Of a DNA stretch of 24,000 nt, positions 1-7,945 are shown in pieces. The notes beneath the pieces were generated by a model. That model was not told where the DNA came from and did no database searches. It worked only from the letters and a program-made list of their open reading frames with translations. The first letter of the stretch is position 1, and each line of letters starts with the position of its first letter. Source of the stretch: Vicinamibacterales bacterium (GTDB lineage Bacteria > Acidobacteriota > Vicinamibacteria > Vicinamibacterales > CAVVIG01); the NCBI GenBank assembly GCA_035259385.1, contig DATFWL010000550.1, positions 18,787-42,786 of the forward strand, read 5' to 3'. Made by a program: the position numbers and the translations under genes.

Positions 1-5
1 GCCCA

Positions 6-422
6 ATGAGTCCGGAACGCGTCTTTGCGATCGCCAATCTCGTCGCCGCCGCCGCGTGGCTGCTGCTGGCTGTCCTGCCGCGGCAGCGGTGGGTGACGAC
101 GATCGTGACCGGAACCGCGGTGCCGGCGTTCTTCGCGGTCGCGTACATCGCGATCATCGGGTCGCAGTGGGGGACCAGCTCCGGCAGCTTCTCGACGCTT
201 GGCGGCGTCAGCACCCTGTTCGCCAACCCCTGGCTGCTGCTCGCCGGCTGGCTTCACTATCTCGCGTTCGACCTGCTCGCCGGCACGTGGGAGGTGAGCG
301 ACGCTCGCGAGCGCGACGTTCCGCATCTCCTGGTGGTGCCGTGCCTCGCGTTGACGTTCATGTTCGGCCCGGCGGGCTGGCTGCTCTACAACGGCGTTCG
401 CGCGCGGTACCGCCGCGCCTGA
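6..422 (+). CDS. Small integral membrane protein, ABA4-like / DUF4281 family (about 4 TM helices)
   Basis: 138-aa ORF with four hydrophobic segments. The motif WLHYLAFDLLAGTW resembles the conserved HYLAFDLFVG core I associate with DUF4281/ABA4-like proteins. The upstream region is cut by the window edge, so the start context cannot be assessed. Confidence 0.6.
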   Translation: MSPERVFAIANLVAAAAWLLLAVLPRQRWVTTIVTGTAVPAFFAVAYIAIIGSQWGTSSGSFSTLGGVSTLFANPWLLLAGWLHYLAFDLLAGTWEVSDARERDVPHLLVVPCLALTFMFGPAGWLLYNGVRARYRRA

Positions 423-428
423 CGTGCG

Positions 429-1247
429 TTACTTGAGCAGCGCGCGCGCTTTGGCCTTGAACTCCTGATCCTCCGGCGCGAAGTCGGGATCGAGCGGCGC
501 GTCGAGCACCGCCTGAAGCTCGGCGCGCCCCTCAGCCTTCCGGCCGTCGTCGAGCAGCACTTCGGCGAGGAAGAAGTGCGACGCGGTGCTGTTCGGGTTG
601 TATTTCAGCGACGCGCGCAGGTGCGCTTCGGCTTCCTTGCGGCTGCCGCCGAAGAGGCCGGGCACCTTGAAGTACCAGCGGCCCAGCGCGCGATCGGCGG
701 AGCCCTGCTGAAACGCCGGATCGAGCCGCAGCACGGTCTCGAGTTCTTCCTTGATTGGCTTGCGGTACTTGAGGCCCTGCCGCAGGCCGTACGACTCGGC
801 GAGCGCTCCCATGTTCGCGGCGAGCCAGAAGTGACCCTCGGGACGATTCGGCTGGGCAGCGATCGCCTTGCGCCCGGCGTCGATGCCGGTTTCGTAGAAC
901 GCGCGCCGCTCGCGCTCGTCGGCGTGGCCGCCGAGCCAGTAGTCGGCGCGCGCGAGCTTCCAGGCTGCGTCGAAATTCCGCGGGTCGGCCGCGAGCGCCT
1001 GCTGCCATGAATCGGCTGCTCTTCGCGCGCTCGCGAGATTCGCTCGATCGGCGTAGAGCCGATCCGCTTCGACGGCGTGCGAGTCGCGCGGCTGTGGGTC
1101 AGGCGGCTGAGCCGCCGGACCGGGGATATAGAATAGGAGGATGCAGGACGCGATCAGGACGCTGCTGTACGAAATCGGCGAGGATCCAGCACGGGAAGGA
1201 CTGCTCGACACGCCGAAGCGCGTCGAGAAGGCGTATCGCTTTCTCAC
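429..1247 (-). CDS. TPR-like repeat protein; start codon uncertain
   Basis: The long ORF has helical-repeat sequence typical of TPR proteins ([49 protein letters not shown]). The longest form starts at GTG 1247 and overlaps the folE 5-prime end by 107 nt. The only other in-frame canonical start before the repeats is GTG 1211. A hydrophobic stretch ([18 protein letters not shown]) could be a signal or anchor. Confidence 0.6.
   Translation of the reverse strand: MRKRYAFSTRFGVSSSPSRAGSSPISYSSVLIASCILLFYIPGPAAQPPDPQPRDSHAVEADRLYADRANLASARRAADSWQQALAADPRNFDAAWKLARADYWLGGHADERERRAFYETGIDAGRKAIAAQPNRPEGHFWLAANMGALAESYGLRQGLKYRKPIKEELETVLRLDPAFQQGSADRALGRWYFKVPGLFGGSRKEAEAHLRASLKYNPNSTASHFFLAEVLLDDGRKAEGRAELQAVLDAPLDPDFAPEDQEFKAKARALLK
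1129..1134 (+). promoter_or_regulatory. Candidate -10 hexamer TAGAAT placed 6 nt upstream of the folE ATG (possible leaderless transcript)
   Basis: The sequence reads gaTATAGAATaggaggATG. An in-frame TAG at 1129-1131 excludes any longer folE ORF. The AGGAGG abuts the ATG with zero spacing, too close to act as a normal SD. Confidence 0.35.
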
Positions 1248-1746
1248 CAGCGGCTACCACGCCAATATCGATCAGGTACTGAACAACGCGCTCTTCACCG
1301 TCGATTATAACGAGATGGTGATCGTCAAGGACATCGACTTCTACAGTCTCTGCGAGCACCATCTGCTGCCGTTCTTCGGCAAGTGCCACGTCGCGTACAT
1401 CCCGAGCACGAAGGTGATCGGTCTCAGCAAGATTCCACGGCTGGTGGACGTGTTCGCACGCCGCCTGCAGGTGCAGGAGCGCCTCACGAATCAGATCGCC
1501 GACACGATTCGCGAAAAGATCACGCCGCTCGGCGTGGCCGTCGTGATGGAAGCGACGCACCTGTGCATGTCGATGCGCGGCGTCGAGAAGCAGAATTCGT
1601 TCTGCGTCACGAGCGCGATGTCGGGCGCCTTCCACGACAACTCGCGCACGCGGATGGAATTTCTGGAGCTGATCAAGCTGCGCAGCGTCGTCCCGGGCGC
1701 GCGCGAGAGCGCCACGCCCGGCTTCGCGTGTGTGGTGGACGATTAG
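1141..1746 (+). CDS. folE: GTP cyclohydrolase I (FolE, type 1)
   Basis: The 201-aa product carries the canonical FolE blocks: [55 protein letters not shown] and [12 protein letters not shown]. It is collinear with Bacillus and E. coli FolE as I remember them. Confidence 0.93.
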   Translation: MQDAIRTLLYEIGEDPAREGLLDTPKRVEKAYRFLTSGYHANIDQVLNNALFTVDYNEMVIVKDIDFYSLCEHHLLPFFGKCHVAYIPSTKVIGLSKIPRLVDVFARRLQVQERLTNQIADTIREKITPLGVAVVMEATHLCMSMRGVEKQNSFCVTSAMSGAFHDNSRTRMEFLELIKLRSVVPGARESATPGFACVVDD

Positions 1747-1757
1747 GTCGGGTCGGT

Positions 1758-1811
1758 CCGACCTACTTGACGCACCCGACCTACCCGACCCACCAGACCT
1801 ACCTGACCCAC
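1758..1811 (-). repeat. Six tandem 9-nt units (plus strand CYGACCYAC; minus strand GTRGGTCRG) between convergent folE and the TonB-dependent receptor gene
   Basis: Read directly: ccgacctac ttgacgcac ccgacctac ccgacccac cagacctac ctgacccac. The G-rich strand is the sense strand of the receptor gene, whose stop is 8 nt away. A 7-bp hairpin (aggtcgg/ccgacct, 1745-1764) overlaps the folE stop codon. Confidence 0.8.
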
Positions 1812-1818
1812 CAGGCCT

Positions 1819-4752
1819 CTAGAACTTGAACGCCGCGCGCAGCACGACGGTCCGCGGCGGCAGAATCGCCGTCGGCGACAGGAACTGCGTGAGCCTGGCG
1901 CTCTGACCGGTCGTCGGATCCGTGAAGGTGGATGCTGGTGTCAGCGACCGCGCCTGCCACACCCAGTTCGCATTGGTCAGGTTGTCGAGATCGATCGTCG
2001 CTTCGAGCTCGCGATTGCTGTCGAACTTGAAGACCTTCCCGGCGCGCACGTCGATGCGATTCTGGAAGTCGAGGCGGCGGTTGCCGAGCGGCTCGAGGTT
2101 GATCGTCTGCGCGGCGCCGAACGCCATGGCCTGCGTGATCTGCCGCGTGATCGCCGGTCCGCTCACGCCGCTGTAGTTGCCGCTCACGATGACGTCGTAC
2201 CACGGCAGGATGTACATCCCCGTCAACTTGAACTGATTCGGCTTGTCGGCGTTCGAGGCGCCGCAGGCCGGGCACCGCGTCGTCGCGGTCGGTGAGTTCA
2301 CGACGACGTCAGGCGTGATCGGCCCTGCCACGTTGATGAGGAAGTTCGGCGAGACGTCGACGGCGACTCCCTCGATCCGGTTACTCGACAGCGTGTAGCC
2401 CGCCAGCATCGACCAGCGATCGGTGAAGCGCTTCGTCAGCGTCAGCTCGAGCCCCTGGTAGCGCTGCTTGACGTCTCGATCGTTGGTGATGACGACCCGG
2501 TTCGCCGCCGAGATCCGCTGGTAGTACCCGAAGGTACCGTCGTCGGCGGTGCCGATGAAGCCGTCGGGGCCCGGGTCGATGCCGGTGCTCAGCGTCGACG
2601 CGTACGGGTTGTCCGGATTCATCGATGCCTGGGTGTTGTTCTCGCGTCGATAGGTGTAGATCGCGCTCAGCTTCAGGCTGGTCATCAGCTCGCGGTCGAC
2701 TGCGAAGCTGTACTCGTCGGTATACGGCCGCGAGAAGTTCGGATCGATCGAGGTGGCGATTTGTCCGTTCACGACCACCGCGTTCACGACTGGCGTGCCA
2801 GTCTGCTCGCCGAGCTGGAACTTGTGATCGCCGTTGAGATCGTTCCAGACGTACTGCTCGCTGTAGTTGGCGTTGCGGTTCACGTTGCTCACGCCGCCGC
2901 CGCCGGTGGACAGGACGTAATAGTACCGCCCGTACGAACCCTTCAGCGCCGTTTTTCCGTCGCCCATCAGGTCGTACACCGCGCTGATGCGCGGGCCGAC
3001 CGTGTTCCACTTCACCACGTCGCGGATTTCCTGGTACTGCCGCGGCTGCGCCGCGAAGCCGCCGATGCCGGCCGTTGCGAATGGCGAGGGCGGGCTCGAC
3101 TGCTCCGGAAGGTAGCCCTCGAGGCTTTCGAAGCGGAGGCCGCCGCTGACGGTGAACCGCTTGACGCTGTAACTATCTTGCGCGTAGAGCGCCAGCACGT
3201 TGAGCGCGGTCGCGTCGTTCTGCGGCGTCGCGTACAGGGTGACGTTCTGCGGCGTGAATCCGCCGCCGGCGCTCGTGTAGAACACCTGCACGTTATCCGG
3301 CCGCGTCGTCTCGTTGCGCGTGACGGCGTGCGTGTAGTCGAATCCGAACTTGAATTCGTGGCGTCCGCCAAGCGCCTCGTCGATGTAGTACTGACCGGTC
3401 CCGTTTGCCTGGTAGCGATCGCGGTGCCGGACCACCTGGGTCGGGTTGTTGCCGTAGATGATCCCGGTCGCGTTGTCGGTGAGGGACTGGTTCGAGCCGC
3501 CGTTGAAGTAGGTCGGGAACAGGATCTTGTTGAGGCCGAGGCGTGCGTCGATGAACAGGTTCTTGCCGAGCACGGAGTTCCACAGCCCCTGCACCAGGTC
3601 GAACATGTCCTCTTCGTCCACCGTCGATTCCGGCACCGTGATCGCCGCGCTGTTCAGCAGGCGGTTTGGCTTGCTGTAGCGCTGGCGTGAGTAGAAACCG
3701 GTGATCCGGTTGTTCTGATTCGCCTGCCAGGTGACGTTCCCGAGTCCTGACGTGATGTTCGTCTGATCGAGCACGCTCTGCGAGTTCTGCACCGGCACGT
3801 TCTGGTGCACGCGCCAGTCGCGGAACGATCCGAAGAAGCGCAGTTTGTTCTGCACCAGCGGCCCGCCAGCGCTGACGTTGACGTCGGAGACGAAGTCGGA
3901 CGTGTTGCCATCGGGCCGGAAGCCGTAGGCCTGCAGCGTCGGGTCGTGATCGTTGCGCGCCTGGAGCGAATCGCCTGTCCAGGTAAACGTCGAACGACCG
4001 TTCCACGAGTTGCCTCCGGTCTTGGTGACCATGTTCAGGAACACCCCGGAGGTCGGCACCGTGATGTCATGCGCGCCGGTCGACACCTGAATGTCGTCGA
4101 ACGCGTCGAAGTCGTAGTAGAAGCCGGCCGCCCCGATCGCGGCGGGATCGCCGACGTTGATGCCGTTCAGAAACGACGTGTTCTGCGCGCTCGCGGTGCC
4201 GCGCGCGCTGAAGGTCCCCTGCAGCCCGCCGGAGGTGCCGCCGACGTCGGGGCGGCTGATCACCAGGCCCGGCACCTTGGCCTCGACCAGCGCCCAGATG
4301 TCGCGCCCGCCCGGCGTCGCCTGAATCAGCTGTTCGCTGAGGTTCACAGCCACGGTGGCGCTGGTGGTGTCGACGGTCGGCGACTGGCCAGCGACGGTGA
4401 CCGTCTCAGCGAGCGTGGCCACCTTGAGGCCCTGCTCGATCGGCGTCGTCTGCCCGACGAGGACAACGATGCCCTGACGTACGACGGTCTGGAAGCCCGA
4501 CAGCTCGAGCCTCACTTCGTACGTGCCGGGCACCAGCGACGGGAAGCGGTACGTGCCGGCGGCATCGGTGACGCCGTTCATGGAGCCCGACACGAGGACC
4601 GGACTGCTGATGGTGATCGTGACCCCAGGGACGACGGCTCCCTGATCGTCGGTCGCCCTCACCAGAATGCTGCCGGTCTGCACCTGCGCACTGGCAGATG
4701 CCGCGACGCCGGACGCGAGCAACACCAATAGGAGACGCACACACCGTTTCAT
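1819..4752 (-). CDS. TonB-dependent outer-membrane receptor with N-terminal carboxypeptidase-regulatory-like (CarboxypepD_reg) domain
   Basis: 977 aa. Signal peptide MKRCVRLLLVLLASGVAASASAQ. The N-terminal block GSILVRATDDQGAVVPGVTITI...AGTYRFPSLVPGTYEV is typical of CarboxypepD_reg. A long beta-rich barrel region ends in the OMP-type terminal Phe (AAFKF). An AGGAGGAAG SD lies 1 nt before the ATG (GGAGG core 5 nt before). Confidence 0.9.
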   Translation of the reverse strand: MKRCVRLLLVLLASGVAASASAQVQTGSILVRATDDQGAVVPGVTITISSPVLVSGSMNGVTDAAGTYRFPSLVPGTYEVRLELSGFQTVVRQGIVVLVGQTTPIEQGLKVATLAETVTVAGQSPTVDTTSATVAVNLSEQLIQATPGGRDIWALVEAKVPGLVISRPDVGGTSGGLQGTFSARGTASAQNTSFLNGINVGDPAAIGAAGFYYDFDAFDDIQVSTGAHDITVPTSGVFLNMVTKTGGNSWNGRSTFTWTGDSLQARNDHDPTLQAYGFRPDGNTSDFVSDVNVSAGGPLVQNKLRFFGSFRDWRVHQNVPVQNSQSVLDQTNITSGLGNVTWQANQNNRITGFYSRQRYSKPNRLLNSAAITVPESTVDEEDMFDLVQGLWNSVLGKNLFIDARLGLNKILFPTYFNGGSNQSLTDNATGIIYGNNPTQVVRHRDRYQANGTGQYYIDEALGGRHEFKFGFDYTHAVTRNETTRPDNVQVFYTSAGGGFTPQNVTLYATPQNDATALNVLALYAQDSYSVKRFTVSGGLRFESLEGYLPEQSSPPSPFATAGIGGFAAQPRQYQEIRDVVKWNTVGPRISAVYDLMGDGKTALKGSYGRYYYVLSTGGGGVSNVNRNANYSEQYVWNDLNGDHKFQLGEQTGTPVVNAVVVNGQIATSIDPNFSRPYTDEYSFAVDRELMTSLKLSAIYTYRRENNTQASMNPDNPYASTLSTGIDPGPDGFIGTADDGTFGYYQRISAANRVVITNDRDVKQRYQGLELTLTKRFTDRWSMLAGYTLSSNRIEGVAVDVSPNFLINVAGPITPDVVVNSPTATTRCPACGASNADKPNQFKLTGMYILPWYDVIVSGNYSGVSGPAITRQITQAMAFGAAQTINLEPLGNRRLDFQNRIDVRAGKVFKFDSNRELEATIDLDNLTNANWVWQARSLTPASTFTDPTTGQSARLTQFLSPTAILPPRTVVLRAAFKF

Positions 4753-4861
4753 GCTTCCTCCTGATAGAAGTCCGCCGACTCTATCAAACCGTTGTATTGG
4801 ATTTCAGTTCGATTTACCAGCCGTTGTCGCGAGAGTCACTGCGTGTCCGGAAACTTGGATT

Positions 4862-4867
4862 TATACT
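4862..4867 (+). promoter_or_regulatory. Candidate -10 hexamer TATACT placed 7 nt upstream of the S9 peptidase ATG (possible leaderless transcript)
   Basis: The sequence reads cttggattTATACTgcccggtATG, with no purine-rich SD between the hexamer and the ATG. TTGGATTT occurs twice in the divergent intergenic region (4796-4803 and 4855-4862). Confidence 0.35.
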
Positions 4868-4874
4868 GCCCGGT

Positions 4875-7112
4875 ATGAAACCCTCTCTCAAGTTGACGCT
4901 CGCGTCAGCAGTTGTCGTGTCGATGATCATCGCGACGGCGGCAACGATGATGTCGCACCGCGCGGCATCGGCCGCCGCCGGTTCGCTGACGATCGAGCAG
5001 CTGGTCGACATACGTCATCCATCGAACCCGATGTGGTCGCCCGACGGCCGGCGAGTGGTCTTCCTGTGGGATCGCGCCGGCGTCTCGAAGGTGTACGTCG
5101 TCGATGCGCAGGGCGCGGCCGCGCCGGGTGAGCTCACGGCGGCTGGTTCGCAACTGAACGGCGCGTTCTGGAGCGCCGACGGCGCTGCGCTGGTGGTGCC
5201 GAAAGAGGGCGACCTCTGGCGCGTGCCCATCGACGGCAGCGCCGCGTCAGCCGTGTGGACGACGCCGGCGGTCGAGTCGGCGATCGTGCCGTCACCTGAT
5301 GGCAAGCGCGTCGCGTTCGTACGATCGGCGCCGGGATCGACACCCGCCACGGCCAGCGGTGGCGGCGGACGCGGTCGTGGCGGAGCGGGCGGCAGCGAAC
5401 TCTTCGTGCGCTCGCTGGCCGACGGGCGCGAGAACCTCGTCGTCCGCGCCGATCGCCACCCGATCGGCGCGCTGTCGTGGTCCCCTGACGGTCAGACGAT
5501 CGTGTTCAACGACCTCAATCCGCCGATTCGTCACGAGCAGACGCCCGACTACTCGGGGGTGAAGATCATCTACACGATCACCGAGAACGTGCCTGGCGAG
5601 ACGAGCGCCGTCCCGGCGGCTGGCGGTACGCCGACCTCGCTCGGCGTGCTCGGCGGCTTCGGCGGACGACGGTGGCTCGACGCGCGCCACTTTCTCGTCG
5701 ATCGCACGTCGACAGATTTCAAGCGGCGGACGACGTCGCTCGTGGACGTGAGCGGCGGTACGCCGAACGTGCTGCACGAGGACGTCAAAGAAAAATTCTG
5801 GAGCATCACCGGCGACGCGAACGCCGGCGCGCAGCCGTCCCCCGACGGCAAGTGGATCGCGTTCCTCAGCGATCGCGATGGCTGGGATCATCTCTACGTG
5901 ATGCCAGCCGATGTCACCGTCGCGCGAAGGCTGCAGCCGAGCGGCAGCGATGCGATTCAAATCACGAAAGGGAAGTTCGAAGCGTGGCGGCCGGCGTGGT
6001 CGCCCGACGGCACGAAGATCGCCTTCGACGCGAACCAACCCGATCGCTATGGCGACCGCCATCTCTACGTGGCCACGCTCGGATCCGATCCGTCGCACGC
6101 GACGATCGCCGCGGTGACGAGCGGACGCGGGACGAACATCGCGCCGCAATGGTCGCCAGACGGAACGCGCCTGCTGTATCAGCACACCGATCCGCACAAC
6201 TCCGCGGATCTGTGGGTGGTCGACGTCGCGTCGAAGAAAACGACGCGGCTCACCGATTCGATGCCGGCGTCGATGGATCGCGCGTCGTTCGTCGAGCCGG
6301 AGATGGTGAAGTACGCGGGGCCGGACGGGCAGCAGGTACCCGCCTGGCTGTTCGTGCCGAAGAACCTCGACCGGACGAAGAAGCACCCGGCCATCGTCTG
6401 GATCCACGGCGACGGCGTGAACCAGAACTATGACGGCTGGCACGTGCAGCGCAACTACGCCGTCTATTACAGCTTCCACCAGTACCTGCTGCAGCAGGGC
6501 TATGTCGTGATCGCGCCCGACTATCGCGGCAGCATCGGCTACGGCCGCGACTGGCGCGAGGGCGTCTACATGGACGTCGGCGGCAAGGACGCGAAGGACG
6601 CCTGGATGGCGGCGAACTATCTGAAGACGCTCACCTACGTGGACATCGACCGCGTCGGCGTGTGGGGCTTGAGCTATGGCGGCTTCTTCACGCTGATCGC
6701 CGTCACCGATCAGCCGAAGCTGTTCCGCGCCGGCGTCGACGTCGCCGGCGTCGTCGACTACGCGATGTACTACGAGGATCCGTATCACGGCGGCTGGACG
6801 GCGAGCCGCATCGGTACGCCGCAGCAGAACCCGGCGGTTTACGCGAACGCGTCGCCGCTGTCGCATGTCGATCGGCTCGAACGGCCGTTGCTCGTGCTGC
6901 ACGGCACCTCGGACGTCAACGTCCCGTACCTGCATTCCGTGCGGCTCATCGACGAGCTGCTGAAGAAGGGCAAGGGTGATCTGGTGTCGTTCATGACGTA
7001 TCCGGGCGAGTTCCATTACTTCACCCGCGAGCACGTCCTCCGCGACGCGTGGCACCGGGTGGAGGACTTCTTCGACGCGAATCTCAAGCCGAGCGCCGCG
7101 GCCACGCACTGA
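4875..7112 (+). CDS. S9-family serine peptidase (prolyl oligopeptidase / dipeptidyl-peptidase type) with N-terminal TolB-like beta-propeller
   Basis: Start moved to ATG 4875 (MKPSLKLTLASAVVVSMIIATAA, signal-like), because the 4698 start would overlap the divergent receptor gene. Repeated WSPDG motifs (WSPDGRRV, WSPDGQTI, WSPDGTKI, WSPDGTRL) and related PSPDGK motifs (PSPDGKRV, PSPDGKWI) indicate propeller blades. The C-terminal alpha/beta hydrolase has the nucleophile elbow GLSYGG, then HGTSDVNVP (Asp) and GEFHYF (His). Confidence 0.9.
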   Translation: MKPSLKLTLASAVVVSMIIATAATMMSHRAASAAAGSLTIEQLVDIRHPSNPMWSPDGRRVVFLWDRAGVSKVYVVDAQGAAAPGELTAAGSQLNGAFWSADGAALVVPKEGDLWRVPIDGSAASAVWTTPAVESAIVPSPDGKRVAFVRSAPGSTPATASGGGGRGRGGAGGSELFVRSLADGRENLVVRADRHPIGALSWSPDGQTIVFNDLNPPIRHEQTPDYSGVKIIYTITENVPGETSAVPAAGGTPTSLGVLGGFGGRRWLDARHFLVDRTSTDFKRRTTSLVDVSGGTPNVLHEDVKEKFWSITGDANAGAQPSPDGKWIAFLSDRDGWDHLYVMPADVTVARRLQPSGSDAIQITKGKFEAWRPAWSPDGTKIAFDANQPDRYGDRHLYVATLGSDPSHATIAAVTSGRGTNIAPQWSPDGTRLLYQHTDPHNSADLWVVDVASKKTTRLTDSMPASMDRASFVEPEMVKYAGPDGQQVPAWLFVPKNLDRTKKHPAIVWIHGDGVNQNYDGWHVQRNYAVYYSFHQYLLQQGYVVIAPDYRGSIGYGRDWREGVYMDVGGKDAKDAWMAANYLKTLTYVDIDRVGVWGLSYGGFFTLIAVTDQPKLFRAGVDVAGVVDYAMYYEDPYHGGWTASRIGTPQQNPAVYANASPLSHVDRLERPLLVLHGTSDVNVPYLHSVRLIDELLKKGKGDLVSFMTYPGEFHYFTREHVLRDAWHRVEDFFDANLKPSAAATH

Positions 7113-7127
7113 CGCGGCGCCGGCGTC

Positions 7128-7161
7128 GGGGCTGGGGGCTGGGGCTAGGGGCTCGGGGCTC
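7128..7161 (+). repeat. Five tandem G-rich heptamers (GGGGCTN) starting 16 nt after the S9 peptidase stop codon
   Basis: Read directly: ggggct gggggct ggggcta ggggctc ggggctc. An exact 13-nt inverted copy (agccccgagcccc, 7219-7231) lies about 60 nt downstream. Confidence 0.85.
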
Positions 7162-7237
7162 GCGCCTAGCCGGGTGCTCGGCTCAAGCCTTCGCGCGACG
7201 GAAGAACAGCTCGCCCCAAGCCCCGAGCCCCGTCTGG

Positions 7238-7243
7238 TACACT
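7238..7243 (+). promoter_or_regulatory. Candidate -10 hexamer TACACT placed 6 nt upstream of ATG 7250 (possible leaderless transcript)
   Basis: The sequence reads ctggTACACTctctctATG. The spacer is pyrimidine-only, so there is no SD. Confidence 0.3.
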
Positions 7244-7249
7244 CTCTCT

Positions 7250-7924
7250 ATGCGATCTGCGATCGCGATAGTGATGCTCCTGACCGCGTCTGTTTCGGCG
7301 CAGACGCGCCGGCCGCCCGCGCGCAAACCGCCGCCGGCCGCGGCGCCAAAGACGATCACACCCGAGATGAACTGTCCCGCGCCGCTCGGCGTCGGCGTGA
7401 AGACCAAGGTCGCGTTCTGCGAGGTGATGGCCGGGCGCGATCCTGCCGGCGGCATCCTGATCACCGTGCCGCCTCACAAAGGTCCCGCCACGCTCACCTT
7501 CGACCTGCACAACCTCCACACCTATTCCGAAGAGCAGGTCAAAGCCAAGCGCGCGTTCACACGGTACACGGCCACGATCGGCGTCCTGACCATGGACAAC
7601 ACGCTGATCAGCCGTGCCGTCGTGCAGAACGAGTTCCGCGCGGCTGGAGATCTCGTCGACCGCGTCGGCGGCGGTGCGGGGCCGGGCGGCGTGAAGGCGG
7701 TGGCCCCGACCGGGACCGAGGCGGTGTCGATCGAGATCCCGGAGGGTGAGGACAAGGTGAGCCTCCTCGGCGAGAAGCTGACCGTCGATCGCATGGACGG
7801 CACCGCCACCTATACACAGGCGGGCCGCCCGATCGCGGTCGTGAGCAACGTCATGCTCGAGTACCGGCCGGGGCCGCCGCCGAAGGCGCCGGCGCCGAAA
7901 GCCACGGCCGCGAAAAAGCGGTAG
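7250..7924 (+). CDS. Exported hypothetical protein (224 aa) with Pro/Ala/Lys-rich termini
   Basis: Start moved to ATG 7250, which gives a clean signal peptide MRSAIAIVMLLTASVSAQ. The longer 7049 start would read through the heptamer repeat. I recognise no family. It is the first gene of an apparent four-gene co-directional cluster. Confidence 0.6.
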   Translation: MRSAIAIVMLLTASVSAQTRRPPARKPPPAAAPKTITPEMNCPAPLGVGVKTKVAFCEVMAGRDPAGGILITVPPHKGPATLTFDLHNLHTYSEEQVKAKRAFTRYTATIGVLTMDNTLISRAVVQNEFRAAGDLVDRVGGGAGPGGVKAVAPTGTEAVSIEIPEGEDKVSLLGEKLTVDRMDGTATYTQAGRPIAVVSNVMLEYRPGPPPKAPAPKATAAKKR

Positions 7925-7945
7925 GCCGGGCGACAGGAGGAATCG

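Noticed and set aside
4698-4874. N-terminal extensions proposed by the ORF track: 4698 for the peptidase, 7049 for the exported protein, 8932 for the second membrane protein, 20266 for TonB receptor 2, and 23901 as the start of radical-SAM copy 2.
   Set aside because: In the first four cases an internal ATG gives a clean signal peptide, an SD or a coupled start. The extension is Arg-rich, overlaps a neighbouring gene or runs through intergenic repeats. For radical-SAM copy 2 the opposite applies: homology to copy 1 continues upstream of 23901 to the window edge, so that start is internal.
5292-7109. Very long antisense ORFs opposite real genes: 5292-7109 (605 aa), 14215-16395 (726 aa), 7166-8836 (556 aa), 18026-19381, 11548-12699 and 11831-13273, plus many shorter ones.
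   Set aside because: Their products are Arg/Ala/Pro/Gly-rich low-complexity strings with no recognisable motifs. They lie exactly opposite ORFs with strong family signatures (S9 peptidase, radical SAM, TBDR, kinase). Stop-codon-poor antisense frames are expected in DNA this GC-rich.
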